Shown here piece after piece: positions 10,712 to 20,916 of a stretch of 64,000 nucleotides of DNA (position 1 is its first letter; each line of letters starts with the position of its first letter). The translations under genes were made by a program, and so were the position numbers. Location: assembly GCA_964355515.1 (NCBI GenBank), contig CAYHDV010000002.1, positions 6,622 to 70,621 of the forward strand. The letters run 5' to 3'. Below the pieces are notes generated by a model, which saw only the letters and a program-made list of their open reading frames with translations, had not been told where the DNA came from and did not search any database. The DNA is from an uncultured Candidatus Saccharibacteria bacterium. Lineage in GTDB: Bacteria > Patescibacteriota > Minisyncoccia > Phycocordibacterales > CSBR16-119.

Positions 10712-11380
10712 TTATTTTACCACATTTAAGTTGGCCTCATTTTCTAGAAAGTTCAAGTAGCATTTCACTTCTGTAATCTTAGGTTCTATCATAGGGGTAA
10801 ATTTTTTCTGACCCCATTCTGAGTAAAACTTTAGATTGCCTAAGAATGATTCTTGAGTCTTGAGAAATTCAACAATGTCCAATCCCATTTCTCTAGGAAG
10901 TCCTATGAGCGTTTGTTGGATCCATGCAGTTGAAAGACTTTGACTCATATCTGCGTCTCGCATTATCCTCTTTAGGAGAGAAAGCTCCAAAGATGTATCT
11001 TGATAGGGAAATTGGGTTGCTCGGATCAAGCCCTCTATGCCTTTTTCTCTACCAAGGTCTTCTGAGTGAAGGTATTTCTTCATAGCTCTTACAGATGCTT
11101 CAATTTCAAGATCATCATTTCCGTTCATTTTTCCTGAATGGTTGAAGTCATGGAATATTGCTGCAATTAGGACATTTCTTGTGTCGTATGGGTCTAGACA
11201 ATGATAGACAGCCGCATCGTAACTTTCCCACATTACATGAAGCATATGCCTTAAGTTGTGGTATGGGTTGTGGATGTTTGAGGCGTGTTTGTATAGAACA
11301 CAAAAGTAGTATCGGAGATTTCCAGTGTATCTCCCTTGTTTGTTGTCGATGATGTCGACTATGCTCATATTTCTTGACAT
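10712..11380 (-). CDS. HD-superfamily phosphodiesterase (class I PDE-like)
   Basis: NPYHNLRH, AAIFHDFNHSG, LIRAT, RDAD. Confidence 0.75.
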   Translation of the reverse strand: MSRNMSIVDIIDNKQGRYTGNLRYYFCVLYKHASNIHNPYHNLRHMLHVMWESYDAAVYHCLDPYDTRNVLIAAIFHDFNHSGKMNGNDDLEIEASVRAMKKYLHSEDLGREKGIEGLIRATQFPYQDTSLELSLLKRIMRDADMSQSLSTAWIQQTLIGLPREMGLDIVEFLKTQESFLGNLKFYSEWGQKKFTPMIEPKITEVKCYLNFLENEANLNVVK

Positions 11381-11466
11381 GATTTCTATATGTATTTGTT
11401 AAAGATTAGATTCATTTAAAGTGTAAAGGATATTGGAAAGCTAAACAATAGATTTTGTCGAACTTT

Positions 11467-11495
11467 TTGACAAAACTCCAAGAGAAGAATATAAT
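11467..11495 (+). promoter_or_regulatory. Consensus sigma-70 promoter giving a near-leaderless mRNA
   Basis: TTGACA-17bp-TATAAT, 6 nt before ATG at 11502. Confidence 0.8.
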
Positions 11496-11501
11496 TAAAA
11501 T

Positions 11502-12248
11502 ATGGGCATTCAAGAGAAAATTTTAAATTCTCTACAAAAACTAGGTTTCAGCGACAAAGAATCCAAGGTATATTTGTCTACTCTTGAATTAGGTGAAGCA
11601 ACAATCCAATCTATTTCAAAGCATTCTAAAATAAAGAGAACAAGTATTTATTATGTATTAGATAAACTGAAGAAAGATGGGTTTCTTATTGAATCAAAAA
11701 TAAATAAAAAAGCTCACTACGTGGCTATTTCTCCAAAAGAGCTGATGAAAAAAGTTAGAGAAAATGTGTATGAGTTTGAAAACGTTCTTGATGATTTAGA
11801 AAAAAGAAGACACAGTGTTTATCATAAACCCAGAGTTTATTTTCTCTACGGGGCAGCTGGTTTTAAGCACATCTGGGAAATGATTTTTGATTCAAATTGT
11901 AAGGAGTACTGGATTATAACTGAAGGAGAAAACTTTTTAGGTTTTGTTAAAGAAAAGTATATCTTAAAGGAGATTATAAAAGAGAAACAGAAAAGAGGAT
12001 TGAAAAGTCGGCAACTAATAGTGGATTCGCCCTATGCTAGAGCTTTGATCAAGAAAGACTCAATAGAAAATAGAGTATCCAAGATGCTACCGAAAGGTCA
12101 CCAGATACCTTTTACAGAAATAATTACTGACAAATTTGTGGCTTTCATTTCACCGAGATGGGACAACTTACTTTTTATTACAGAAAATGAAAGTTTTGCA
12201 AAAACAAGACAATCATTGTTTAGGCTAATTTGGGATTCAATTGAATAA
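11502..12248 (+). CDS. TrmB family transcriptional regulator
   Basis: LGFSDKESKVYLSTLELG..IKRTSIYYVLDKL winged HTH. Confidence 0.85.
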   Translation: MGIQEKILNSLQKLGFSDKESKVYLSTLELGEATIQSISKHSKIKRTSIYYVLDKLKKDGFLIESKINKKAHYVAISPKELMKKVRENVYEFENVLDDLEKRRHSVYHKPRVYFLYGAAGFKHIWEMIFDSNCKEYWIITEGENFLGFVKEKYILKEIIKEKQKRGLKSRQLIVDSPYARALIKKDSIENRVSKMLPKGHQIPFTEIITDKFVAFISPRWDNLLFITENESFAKTRQSLFRLIWDSIE

Positions 12249-12323
12249 AGGTTATTTGAAAATTTAAAAAAATGATATGATGTGTATATAGAGTTTTATA
12301 AATAATTTTTTTAAAAAATAAAC

Positions 12324-12386
12324 ATGGCAAAAGGAAATAATTCACAAAGAAAAGAAGTTAAGAAACCAAAAAAGCCAAAGAAGTAA
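12324..12386 (+). CDS. 20-aa basic micropeptide MAKGNNSQRKEVKKPKKPKK
   Basis: ATG-TAA ORF between an extended -10 (TGaTATGAT, 12273-12281) and a terminator hairpin (12385-12428). Confidence 0.6.
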   Translation: MAKGNNSQRKEVKKPKKPKK

Positions 12387-12426
12387 AACAAAAACCTCGC
12401 TAGAACAATCTGGTGAGGTTTTTGTT

Positions 12427-12993
12427 TTACTTTCTTTTTTTAATAATAAGGTAGGACATGAGAGAGTTCACCACGATCATGGTTATTGAGTGGAGCATGG
12501 TGGCTATGTTGTAAGTCTCAAGAGAAAACAGGGCTAGACCATGGCGTGAGGCATTCATGGTGTAGAGGATGTGACGCTCTGTCTCGGGGTGATTTTTGGC
12601 TTTTCTTATGGTTGGGATAAAAGCGATTAGGTCAATTGATACCACAATGACAACAGAGAGTGTCGGATCATTTGTTAGTGCCCAAGGGATCAACCCCAAG
12701 AGTGCTACCACTAAGAATATGGTGTCTCTTTTTTCTATATTTTTGAAACCATAGCGAAGAGAAAAAAGAAAAATAATTATGGTAAATATCTCAGAAGCTC
12801 CTGTTGGGATAGCTCCCACCCCAGCCCCTTTTGCCACCTGTCCAAAAAATGTAACCGCAGAAACAATAGACCAGACCAGCCAAGTATAGGGGTGTGGCTG
12901 AATCTCTTTTTTGAATACACTTATAAGGTATGGAATATTTCCAACTATCGCCATCCCGGCTGCAACAAGAGCAATTATGGTTTTTATTAACAT
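12427..12993 (-). CDS. Hypothetical multi-TM membrane protein
   Basis: About 6-7 TMs, two PY/PT..P half repeats (PQ-loop-like). Confidence 0.75.
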   Translation of the reverse strand: MLIKTIIALVAAGMAIVGNIPYLISVFKKEIQPHPYTWLVWSIVSAVTFFGQVAKGAGVGAIPTGASEIFTIIIFLFSLRYGFKNIEKRDTIFLVVALLGLIPWALTNDPTLSVVIVVSIDLIAFIPTIRKAKNHPETERHILYTMNASRHGLALFSLETYNIATMLHSITMIVVNSLMSYLIIKKRK

Positions 12994-13053
12994 GAGATGA
13001 TTATATCAGTTTAAGAGAGAAGTATTCGTTTTGGTTTGGTACAATTAATCATT

Positions 13054-13299
13054 ATGAGTCCATACTATACATATATCCTCAGGTGCAAAGACGGTACGCT
13101 ATACACAGGGATAGCCACCGACCTTCAAAGGAGATTGGATGAGCACAATAGGGAGGGAAAACTTGGTTCGAAGTACACTCGTGCCAGGCGTCCTGTCGAG
13201 CTTGTTTATTCAAAGAAATTTCCAGATAGGTCGAGCGCCACAAAAGAAGAGTTGAGGATAAAAAGGCTTACGAGAGAGGAGAAGCTGGATCTGATTTAG
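13054..13299 (+). CDS. GIY-YIG nuclease family protein (UPF0213-like)
   Basis: YTYILRCKDGTLYTG, RRLDEHN, KYTRARRPV, EELRIK. Confidence 0.9.
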   Translation: MSPYYTYILRCKDGTLYTGIATDLQRRLDEHNREGKLGSKYTRARRPVELVYSKKFPDRSSATKEELRIKRLTREEKLDLI

Positions 13300-13320
13300 T
13301 TTTTTTATTTTCAAAAACTT

Positions 13321-13482
13321 TTCCTTTTTTCTTGGCAAAAAAAGAAGCAAAAAGCCAAGACACCTCACTTTTTACTAAAAACACCACAATTTTTCCTAAA
13401 GTCGCTAACCGGCTACGCCTTCAAGCGCTCCTTCTTAACGAAAAAATTATGTTGTTTTCTTACTGTAAAAAGCTCAAGTGTC
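13321..13482 (+). repeat. Structured dispersed repeat, copy B
   Basis: U/A-rich 5' hairpin, GACAC..GTGTC closing, nested stems like copies A, C and D. Confidence 0.7.
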
Positions 13483-13516
13483 AAAAACCACTCATCTAAC
13501 ACTTGCAAAACTTTCC

Positions 13517-13676
13517 GACACTTGAGCTTTAACTTTTAAAATATTCACGGTTTTTTTGATTAGTGCGAAGCTTTAGCGACAGCGATCAGCGTAGCGCCAA
13601 AAAAACCGTGATTTATTTTTTAGGTAAAGTGAGGTGTCTAGCTTTTTTGTTTCTTTTTCAGCAATGGAAAAAGAAA
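13517..13676 (-). repeat. Structured dispersed repeat, copy C
   Basis: Reverse complement begins TTTCTTTTTCCATTGCTGAAAAAGAAACAAAAAAGCTAGAC as in A/D; stem TCACGGTTTTTTTG/CAAAAAAACCGTGA. Confidence 0.85.
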
Positions 13677-13689
13677 AGTATACTTCTTT

Positions 13690-13715
13690 AGATCCTGAAA
13701 TAAATTCAGGATGAC
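13690..13715 (-). repeat. REP-like palindrome
   Basis: AGATCCTGAAATAAATTCAGGATGAC, reverse complement of 23349-23374. Confidence 0.8.
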
Positions 13716-13823
13716 AGAATTTTTACTTCCAGTAATGAAAAAAATGATAGGAGGGTCAATCAGAATATTGACAAACAACTAAAAGACTTGCTTATTTAAA
13801 TTAAGCATGTTATACTTTTATTT

Positions 13824-14492
13824 ATGAGCGATTACAACAGAGGAGGAGATAGAGGGGGGAACAGAGGAGGTGGATTTGGTGGAAACCGTGGGGGAGGATT
13901 CGGTGGCGACAGAGGTGGAAACCGAAAGCCTTCTTTTGGTGGAGACCGACGAAGTGACCGAGGAGGATTCGGTGCCCCAACTATGCACAAAGCAAAGTGT
14001 GACGGTTGTGGAAACATGGCAGAATTGCCATTTAAACCAACTGGAGATAAGCCAGTATTCTGTAGTGCATGTTTTAGTGCCAAGAGAGAAGAATCTGGAG
14101 GCGGAGATCGACGTGATTCACGAGGAGGAGACAGAAAGCCTTCTTTTGGTGGAGACCGAAGAAATGACCGAGACCGACGACCAGCCGGAGGAGATGTAAG
14201 TGGATTGGCACAAAAAGTTGATGCACTTCATGCAAAAATGGACAAAATTCTAAAGTCCCTTAATCTTCCAACAGAAGATGCCCACGAATCTGAAACAGTA
14301 TTCCGAGCGGCAAAGGAACCGATGGCTCCAAAGAAAGCAAAAGTGAAGAATGTAAAAGACGGAGATTTAAAAAAAGCTATATCAAAAATTTCAGCTCCAA
14401 AAGTTGAACTTAAAAAAATAACAAAGAAAGTTGTTAAAAATGTAGCTGTAAAGAAATCAGCTGTAAAGAAAGTTGTAAAGAAAAAGAAATAA
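13824..14492 (+). CDS. CxxC-x17-CxxC zinc-ribbon protein with RGG repeats and Lys-rich tail
   Basis: MHKAKCDGCG..LPFKPTGDKPVFCSACF. Confidence 0.85.
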   Translation: MSDYNRGGDRGGNRGGGFGGNRGGGFGGDRGGNRKPSFGGDRRSDRGGFGAPTMHKAKCDGCGNMAELPFKPTGDKPVFCSACFSAKREESGGGDRRDSRGGDRKPSFGGDRRNDRDRRPAGGDVSGLAQKVDALHAKMDKILKSLNLPTEDAHESETVFRAAKEPMAPKKAKVKNVKDGDLKKAISKISAPKVELKKITKKVVKNVAVKKSAVKKVVKKKK

Positions 14493-14585
14493 TTAAAATC
14501 AAAAATCACCGAAAGGTGATTTTTGATTTGGGGTTTCTTGGAAACAAGCTTTACTATATGTCAATAATACGTTAATCTATTCCTT

Positions 14586-16043
14586 ATGTCAGGAAACGGA
14601 AGTATTGTAAAATTTGATGAAGTGACTTTTCACTTTGGAATAAAAAAGCCCATCATGACTGAGGCTAGTTTTTCTCTTCGGAGAGGCTCAAAAGTGACCC
14701 TCATGGGCCAAAACGGTGCAGGTAAGAGTACTTTGTTTAAACTACTTACAAACTCACTTCAGCCAGAAGAAGGGCGTATTATCATTGATCCCAAGCTCAC
14801 TATCGCGCTTTCTCGGCAGGTTATTCCTAGAGAGGAGCTTGGGTTTACAGTGAGGGAGTTTTTTCAATCAGTTTTCAGAGAAAAGGTGTATGATTTGGAT
14901 CCAAGAATAAAAGATACCCTTGAGATAGTGAACCTCCCTTTGAGTGATTATGATCGAAAGATCAAAGATTTTTCTGGTGGCCAACAAGCTAGACTGCTTC
15001 TTGCCTCTGCATTGATTCAGAAACCAGATCTACTTTTGCTTGATGAGCCTACGAACAACCTAGATCATTCAGGAATTAATCACTTAACTGAATTTCTAAA
15101 AAATTATGATAAAACAGTGGTGGTTATTTCCCATGATGCTGAGTTTCTAAATGCCTTCACTGAAGGTGTGCTTTATTTAGATATATTCACAAAGAAAATT
15201 GATAACTATGTTGGTAATTACTTTGATGTAATCAAGCAGATCGAGATAAGAGTAGAAAAAGAAAAAAGACTAAACGCTCGACTTGATAAGAGTATCCAAG
15301 AAAAAAAGGACAAAGCAAACTTCTTTGCAAACAAGGGAGGGCGACTTCGAGCTGTGGCAAAACAGATGAGAGAAGTAGCAGAGGAGGCTGAGGCAAACAA
15401 AGTAGATGGATACAAAGAAGATAAAACAATCCGACCTTTCGTTATTCCTATTCAAGAAAATATAGGGGGTGAAATTGTAAAAATAGAGTCTGTTGAAAGG
15501 CTTCACAACGGCAAAGTACAAACAAGAGAAGCAAATATTTCTCTAAGAAAGGGAGACAGGCTACTCTTGGCTGGTCCAAATGGAATTGGGAAGAGTACCT
15601 TACTTGAGTCTCTAGCTACAGGGAAGGCAAAGGGTGTGACTATCGCAAGTGGAATTGAGATTGGTTATTATCGGCAGGATTTCTCAACTCTCAACTTTGA
15701 AGATACTGTTTTTAAATCTCTATCTGAAATTATGGATAGGGTAGATGAGCAGGCCCTCAGGTCCATGGCGTCTGGGTTTTTGATTGCAGGAGATATGATG
15801 TACACAAAAATTGGAGATTTGTCCGAAGGGCAGAAGGGCCTTGTAGCATTTGCTAGGCTAGTACTCCAAAAACCAGGACTTCTTATTATGGATGAGCCGA
15901 CAAACCACATAAACTTCCGGCACCTTCCTGTTATCGCAAAGGCTCTTGATCAGTATGAGGGAGTCATGATAGTTGTTTCCCATGTGCCAGAGTTTTTAGA
16001 AAAAATCCACATCAATCAGACATTAGATTTGGGGAAAAAGTAA
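14586..16043 (+). CDS. ABC-F family ATPase
   Basis: Two NBDs (GQNGAGKS, GPNGIGKS; DEPTN twice), no TM domain. Confidence 0.9.
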   Translation: MSGNGSIVKFDEVTFHFGIKKPIMTEASFSLRRGSKVTLMGQNGAGKSTLFKLLTNSLQPEEGRIIIDPKLTIALSRQVIPREELGFTVREFFQSVFREKVYDLDPRIKDTLEIVNLPLSDYDRKIKDFSGGQQARLLLASALIQKPDLLLLDEPTNNLDHSGINHLTEFLKNYDKTVVVISHDAEFLNAFTEGVLYLDIFTKKIDNYVGNYFDVIKQIEIRVEKEKRLNARLDKSIQEKKDKANFFANKGGRLRAVAKQMREVAEEAEANKVDGYKEDKTIRPFVIPIQENIGGEIVKIESVERLHNGKVQTREANISLRKGDRLLLAGPNGIGKSTLLESLATGKAKGVTIASGIEIGYYRQDFSTLNFEDTVFKSLSEIMDRVDEQALRSMASGFLIAGDMMYTKIGDLSEGQKGLVAFARLVLQKPGLLIMDEPTNHINFRHLPVIAKALDQYEGVMIVVSHVPEFLEKIHINQTLDLGKK

Positions 16044-16079
16044 GGATATAATTTTCATTTTTTATTATATAATTGGGCA

Positions 16080-18805
16080 ATGATGAATATTCGGGCAATA
16101 AAGCTTTTGGCCTTTTCGGGTGTATTTTTATTCTTTCTTTTTGTTGGTTCTCCAAAAGCCTTTGCTGCGTGTGGGGATAGTATCACAGGTGGTTCTGGAA
16201 CAGTTGGAAGTCCTTATCTGATTAGCACACCAACAGAACTTGCAGCGATTTCAAATTGTTTAGGTGGAGGAAATGCAAGTAAATATTTTCTTTTGGATAG
16301 TAATATTGATTTAAATGTTTCTCCATATAACACTGGAACGGTTGGACTCCAATCGGAACAAGTGGCAACGGTTTCTATGGAAAGTTTGATGGGGATTTTT
16401 ATACTATTTCTAATTTGTATTTCAACAGCTCCGGCACTGACTATGTTGGACTCTTTGGGTATGTTTCAAGTGGGGCCACAATTTCAGATCTTATTTTGCA
16501 AAACGCGACAGCCACTGGTGATTACGGTGTTGGAGCACTAGCTGGGGTAAATTACGGTGCCATTTCTCAGGTTGGAGTTATCGATGGATCAATAACAGGG
16601 AGTCAGCGTGTCGGAGGACTTATTGGGTCAAATTACGGTTCCATGACAAAAACATATTCTGATAACAGTGTGTATTTTGTTCCAGTTGGGGCAACATGTT
16701 GTGTGGGTGGACTCGCCGGAGAAGCTTATAGTGGTGGAACAATAAATAATTCGTATTCACGAAGTAATATCGTCATAACATATCATGCTTCTAACCAAGG
16801 AGCTGCTGGTGGGGTGTATGGAAACGACTATACTAGTAGCACCAAAACAAGACTTTATTCAACAGGATCTATTACTATGGTGTCTGGGAACCTTCCGTCA
16901 TCCGTGGGTGGACTTGCTGGATCTAATTATACAAGCACCACAGAATCATACTGGGACACGCAGACATCGGGACTTGGGACATCCAGTGGTGGTGCAGGAG
17001 TTGTCGGGAAAACGACTTCACAGATGAAAACTCAAGGCACATATACTAACTGGGACTTCAGCACCGTGTGGGCCATTGACGGCGTAAATAATGATGGATA
17101 TCCATATTTGTTGTGGCAAGATTTTTCTGATGTGACCGCACCGACAATTAGCTCTGTTTCCTCTGACAAAGCAAATGGCTCTTATAAAGCAGGGGAAGTG
17201 ATTGATATTGATGTGACTTTTTCTGAGGCAGTAACTTCAACTGGAGACGTGACAGTGACTCTTGAAACCGGGGACACTGATCGAACCTGTGTTTTTACCG
17301 TATCAGCAAGCGCAAGTGGAACATGTAACTATACTGTCCAAGCCGGAGACACAACCGCCGACCTTACTGTGAGCTCAATCTCAGGAACAATCGTTGACAC
17401 TTCGTCAAACGCAATGAGTAACTTCGCACCATCAACAAATCTGGCAGCCAACAAAGCGCTTGTGATTGATACAACTGCCCCAACCATTTCGACACTATCG
17501 CCAGCGGATGGTGCAACGGGAGTTTCTGCAACGGCGAACCTTGTTTTGACTTTTGATACAGCGGTTGATGTGGAAACAGGAGAGATCGCGATTAAAAGAT
17601 CTAGTGATGATTTCACCATTGAAACCGTTGATGTGACGAGTGGTTTTGTTACTGGTACCGGAACAACAACCATTACGGTAAATCCGACTACAATATTATC
17701 TAGCCTCACTCAATATTATATCCAAATCGACGCAACGGCATTTGATGACATAGCAGGGAATAGTTATGCAGGAATTTCTAATACGACTTCATGGAATTTT
17801 ACCACTGCTGATACTAGTGTTCCAGTAGTGTCTAGTTTTTCTCCGCTTGATGGAGCGACCGATGTGGAAATTGATGCGAATTTAGTTATTACCTTTGATG
17901 AAATAGTAGACGTAGAAACGGGAAATATCCTCATCAAAAAATCCTCTGATGATTCAACAATTGAAACTATTGATGTCGCAGGGGGGCTTGTAACAGGTAC
18001 AGGAACTGCAATCATTACTATTAATCCCAGCGTGGCTCTTCTTGAAAATACATCATATTACATCAATATTGATGCGACCGCTTTTGATGATGCTTCTGGG
18101 AATAGTTTTGCAGGGATTTCAGACTCATCAACATGGGCCTTTGTGACAGCTTCTAGCAGTTCTGGGTCGTCAACTATTCCTCCACCATTGTGTAGAGCTG
18201 TAGCTACACCGAGCATGGTATACAAAGGAGAAAAAAGTATGATCTCAATAGTGCCAGAGTATATTGCTGGTGTTACTAGGTATTATGTTAAAGATGAGAG
18301 CACTAAAGCTCTCTATGATCAAGGAAGAGATATCACTCTTTACCCCACAAAGACAGGGGAGTATTCATTTGCAACCATAAATGAATGGGGGGCAAATTTT
18401 TGTAGTGTTTCAATCACTGCATTAGAGAAAAAAGCAGAACCTGTTATTTCTATAGATGAAAGTGATTCCTCAGAAAATGATGTAGGCTTTGGTGATCGTG
18501 TAGTAGTGGCTGTGGTAGACTCTGAGCCTACAATAGATGAGGTATCTGGAGAGGATGATAAAAAAATAATTCCGATTCTTCCTTTTACTCGAACTCTAAA
18601 GAGATATAACAAGGGGGATGATGTGCTATTACTTCAAGTTATTCTTAATTTATTAAATGTTGATAATCTTACAAAATTAGAAGAAGATGGAGACTTTGGT
18701 TCTCGGACAGAAAAAGCAGTCAAATCATTTCAAAAATTTTATGAGTTAGAAGAAGATGGAGTTGTGGGTAGAAATACTCGAGGAGCTTTGAATAAGAGAG
18801 ATTAG
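16080..18805 (+). pseudogene. Secreted GLUG-motif / Ig-like / peptidoglycan-binding surface protein, frameshifted at about 16340
   Basis: Signal peptide in ORF 16080; adding one G at 16340-16341 gives NTGTGWTPIG..FYGKFDG..ISNL and joins ORF 16415-18805; two SbsA-type Ig repeats; C-terminal DGDFG..T..AVKSFQ..DGVVG. Confidence 0.8.
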
Positions 18806-18910
18806 AGTTTTTTGGTGTGTTAGGGTTTTGATAAATATCAAAAAATAGACCTTGTTTGACAAAAACATGTGTTAGAGGTAATATCTTTCTAAATTTGAAA
18901 AAAGAAAGAG

Positions 18911-19528
18911 ATGAGCAAAATTAAAGATCCGAAAGAGAAGTACAGATATCTTAAAAGAGAACTGAGGAGCCTTGGCTTCATAAGAGAGACCAAAAAAATG
19001 TGGAATCTCTATCAAGAAAAATTTGGTATTGAGCTTTCAAAGGCCGCCCATGTCCCTTACACAAAAGATGCTGCAAGTTTCATCTTTGACATAAGGGGCT
19101 ATCAGGTGGTTGTCCGGACCACCTACGACCCATCTTTGAAAGATTTTTCTAAAAAGGGAAGTCTGTACGTGGTTATTCGGAAGGACTCACAGGCTATTTT
19201 CTCTAGGCAAATCCATCGTAAGGGAAATTTCCAATACAAAGTGATTCGTTTTGCAAAAGAGCTTGCTAAACAGCTCAAAGTCAGACCACTCGATTCTAGG
19301 AAAATACCAATGATTTTAGAGAGAGTGTCATATGGAAACATGGCATGGAAATCAGTTGATGGTACGGAGAGAAAGGTTTTCTTTGTTGGGTCCCCAAAAG
19401 AAATTCTTGATTTGGTAAAAGCAAAGGATTACTATGATCAATTTGTCACCAAAAAGAGGGGTGTCAAAACCAGGATCAGAGAATTCAAAAAGACATCAAA
19501 GGTGGGAACGCCAGAGAATGTTGATTGA
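18911..19528 (+). CDS. Hypothetical basic protein
   Basis: 205-aa ORF with TTGACA-17-TAATAT promoter and downstream hairpin. Confidence 0.7.
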   Translation: MSKIKDPKEKYRYLKRELRSLGFIRETKKMWNLYQEKFGIELSKAAHVPYTKDAASFIFDIRGYQVVVRTTYDPSLKDFSKKGSLYVVIRKDSQAIFSRQIHRKGNFQYKVIRFAKELAKQLKVRPLDSRKIPMILERVSYGNMAWKSVDGTERKVFFVGSPKEILDLVKAKDYYDQFVTKKRGVKTRIREFKKTSKVGTPENVD

Positions 19529-19590
19529 TTTGTTTGAGAGCCGCCCAGGATGGGCGGCTCTTTATATATAAAAAACCAGCATAAAGCTGG

Positions 19591-19953
19591 TTAATTTTGA
19601 GTATCCCTGTAATCATTTGGATAAATAGCCTTGTCTATGCTTTCTAGCAAAAGCCTCATACCCAGTGGATTGTTAGGTGATGTTTTGTTGGAGAAACCAT
19701 TCCACCCTTGTTGACGAATTGCTCGCCTTATCCCTGAGTCCTGTATTTTTTCCGGCAGAGTGCCTTTGGATGTTAAATTCTGCAGTTCAAATTCTGCAGT
19801 TGTTTCCAAGATTTTGCCCCTTTTTACTAGTGCCTCAAAGACACTTTTTGCATAATCCAGATCGTAGAGGTTAAGAGTAATTTCTGTACTGTCTATCAAG
19901 CAAATGAGTACAGTCTCTTTTGGAAGATTTGATAAGTTCACAATTTTTCCCAT
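19591..19953 (-). CDS. Hypothetical protein
   Basis: 120-aa ATG ORF ending at a terminator-like hairpin. Confidence 0.6.
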   Translation of the reverse strand: MGKIVNLSNLPKETVLICLIDSTEITLNLYDLDYAKSVFEALVKRGKILETTAEFELQNLTSKGTLPEKIQDSGIRRAIRQQGWNGFSNKTSPNNPLGMRLLLESIDKAIYPNDYRDTQN

Positions 19954-20008
19954 TGTTTTTGATTGTTTTTCTTAATGTTATCATTAAACCTACTATAATC
20001 AATAGGCT

Positions 20009-20305
20009 ATGAAAAAGATACTAAAGATAAAGGAGAAAGTTTGGATTTGGCCGGGTGAGACCGCAAACTGGTTTTTCGTGTATGTTGATACTCCTTCAGT
20101 TTTGAAAATAAGAGAAGAGACGAAGGGCAAAAGAGGGTTCGGTGCGGTCAGAGTAGAAGCCAAAGTGGGGAAGACCGTCTGGGAATCTTCTATGTTTTGG
20201 AGTAAAAAAGACAATTGCTACATCTTCCCGATCAAGAAAGAGGTTAGAAGAAAAGAGGGGATACTAGATGGTGATTCTCTAACAATTTTTCTTACTATTG
20301 TATAA
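20009..20305 (+). CDS. DUF1905 family protein
   Basis: WFFVYV..RGFGAVRVEAKVGKTVWESSMF..PIKKEVR. Confidence 0.85.
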   Translation: MKKILKIKEKVWIWPGETANWFFVYVDTPSVLKIREETKGKRGFGAVRVEAKVGKTVWESSMFWSKKDNCYIFPIKKEVRRKEGILDGDSLTIFLTIV

Positions 20306-20364
20306 TTAAGAAATTAAAAAAGCTATATCCTTGTATAAAGTTTTTTGTGATAATATATTTATAT

Positions 20365-20732
20365 ATGGAATCTTTGGATGAAAATCAATTCAATAAATCA
20401 ATGGAATTTTATGAAAGAGGGAAGAATAAGATTGTTTTTGATGCAGGCCTTGAATACATTGACAATCGATTAGAGGAACTTAAAACTATGAGAATAGTCC
20501 AGTAGGTTTGGTTAAAATAATGGAGGATTTATCAAATGTTGGAACTACTCTGGGTATCTTGTTCCAAGTAGAAAATCAAGGATCTGAAATACTGGGATTC
20601 TTGGAAAACAAACAAAAGCTTCTTGATAGTTTTGAAAGCTCTCTAGCAGATCTTAATCATGACTATGAAGATGAATATGAAAAATTTATTAAGATGGAAG
20701 AATCTATCAAAAAAAATGATAATCTAAACTAA
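20365..20732 (+). pseudogene. Frameshifted hypothetical gene
   Basis: ATG 20365 frame joins ORF 20508-20732 if one A is added to the run at 20482-20485. Confidence 0.55.
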
Positions 20733-20867
20733 AAAACACATCTATCTGATGTGTTTTTTAGTTTATCTTTTGGGGTCAGAGAGAAGATCGGCACCACAAG
20801 AGTATTTCCATTTTTAAATTCCTTAGCCTTGCTTACCTCCACCAACTTCACTACTCTAAATCATGTT

Positions 20868-20916
20868 CTGAGAGCCAGAGAGAAGATTCGAACTCCCGAC
20901 CTTCGCTTTACAAAAG
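20868..20916 (-). repeat. 49-bp exact duplicate of the 3' part of tRNA-Thr
   Basis: Identical to 20991-21039. Confidence 0.9.

Noticed and set aside
16335-16345. Programmed frameshift or phase-variable tract
   Set aside because: No slippery heptamer or long homopolymer at the site
20868-20916. Second tRNA-Thr gene
   Set aside because: Lacks the D-arm and 5' acceptor strand
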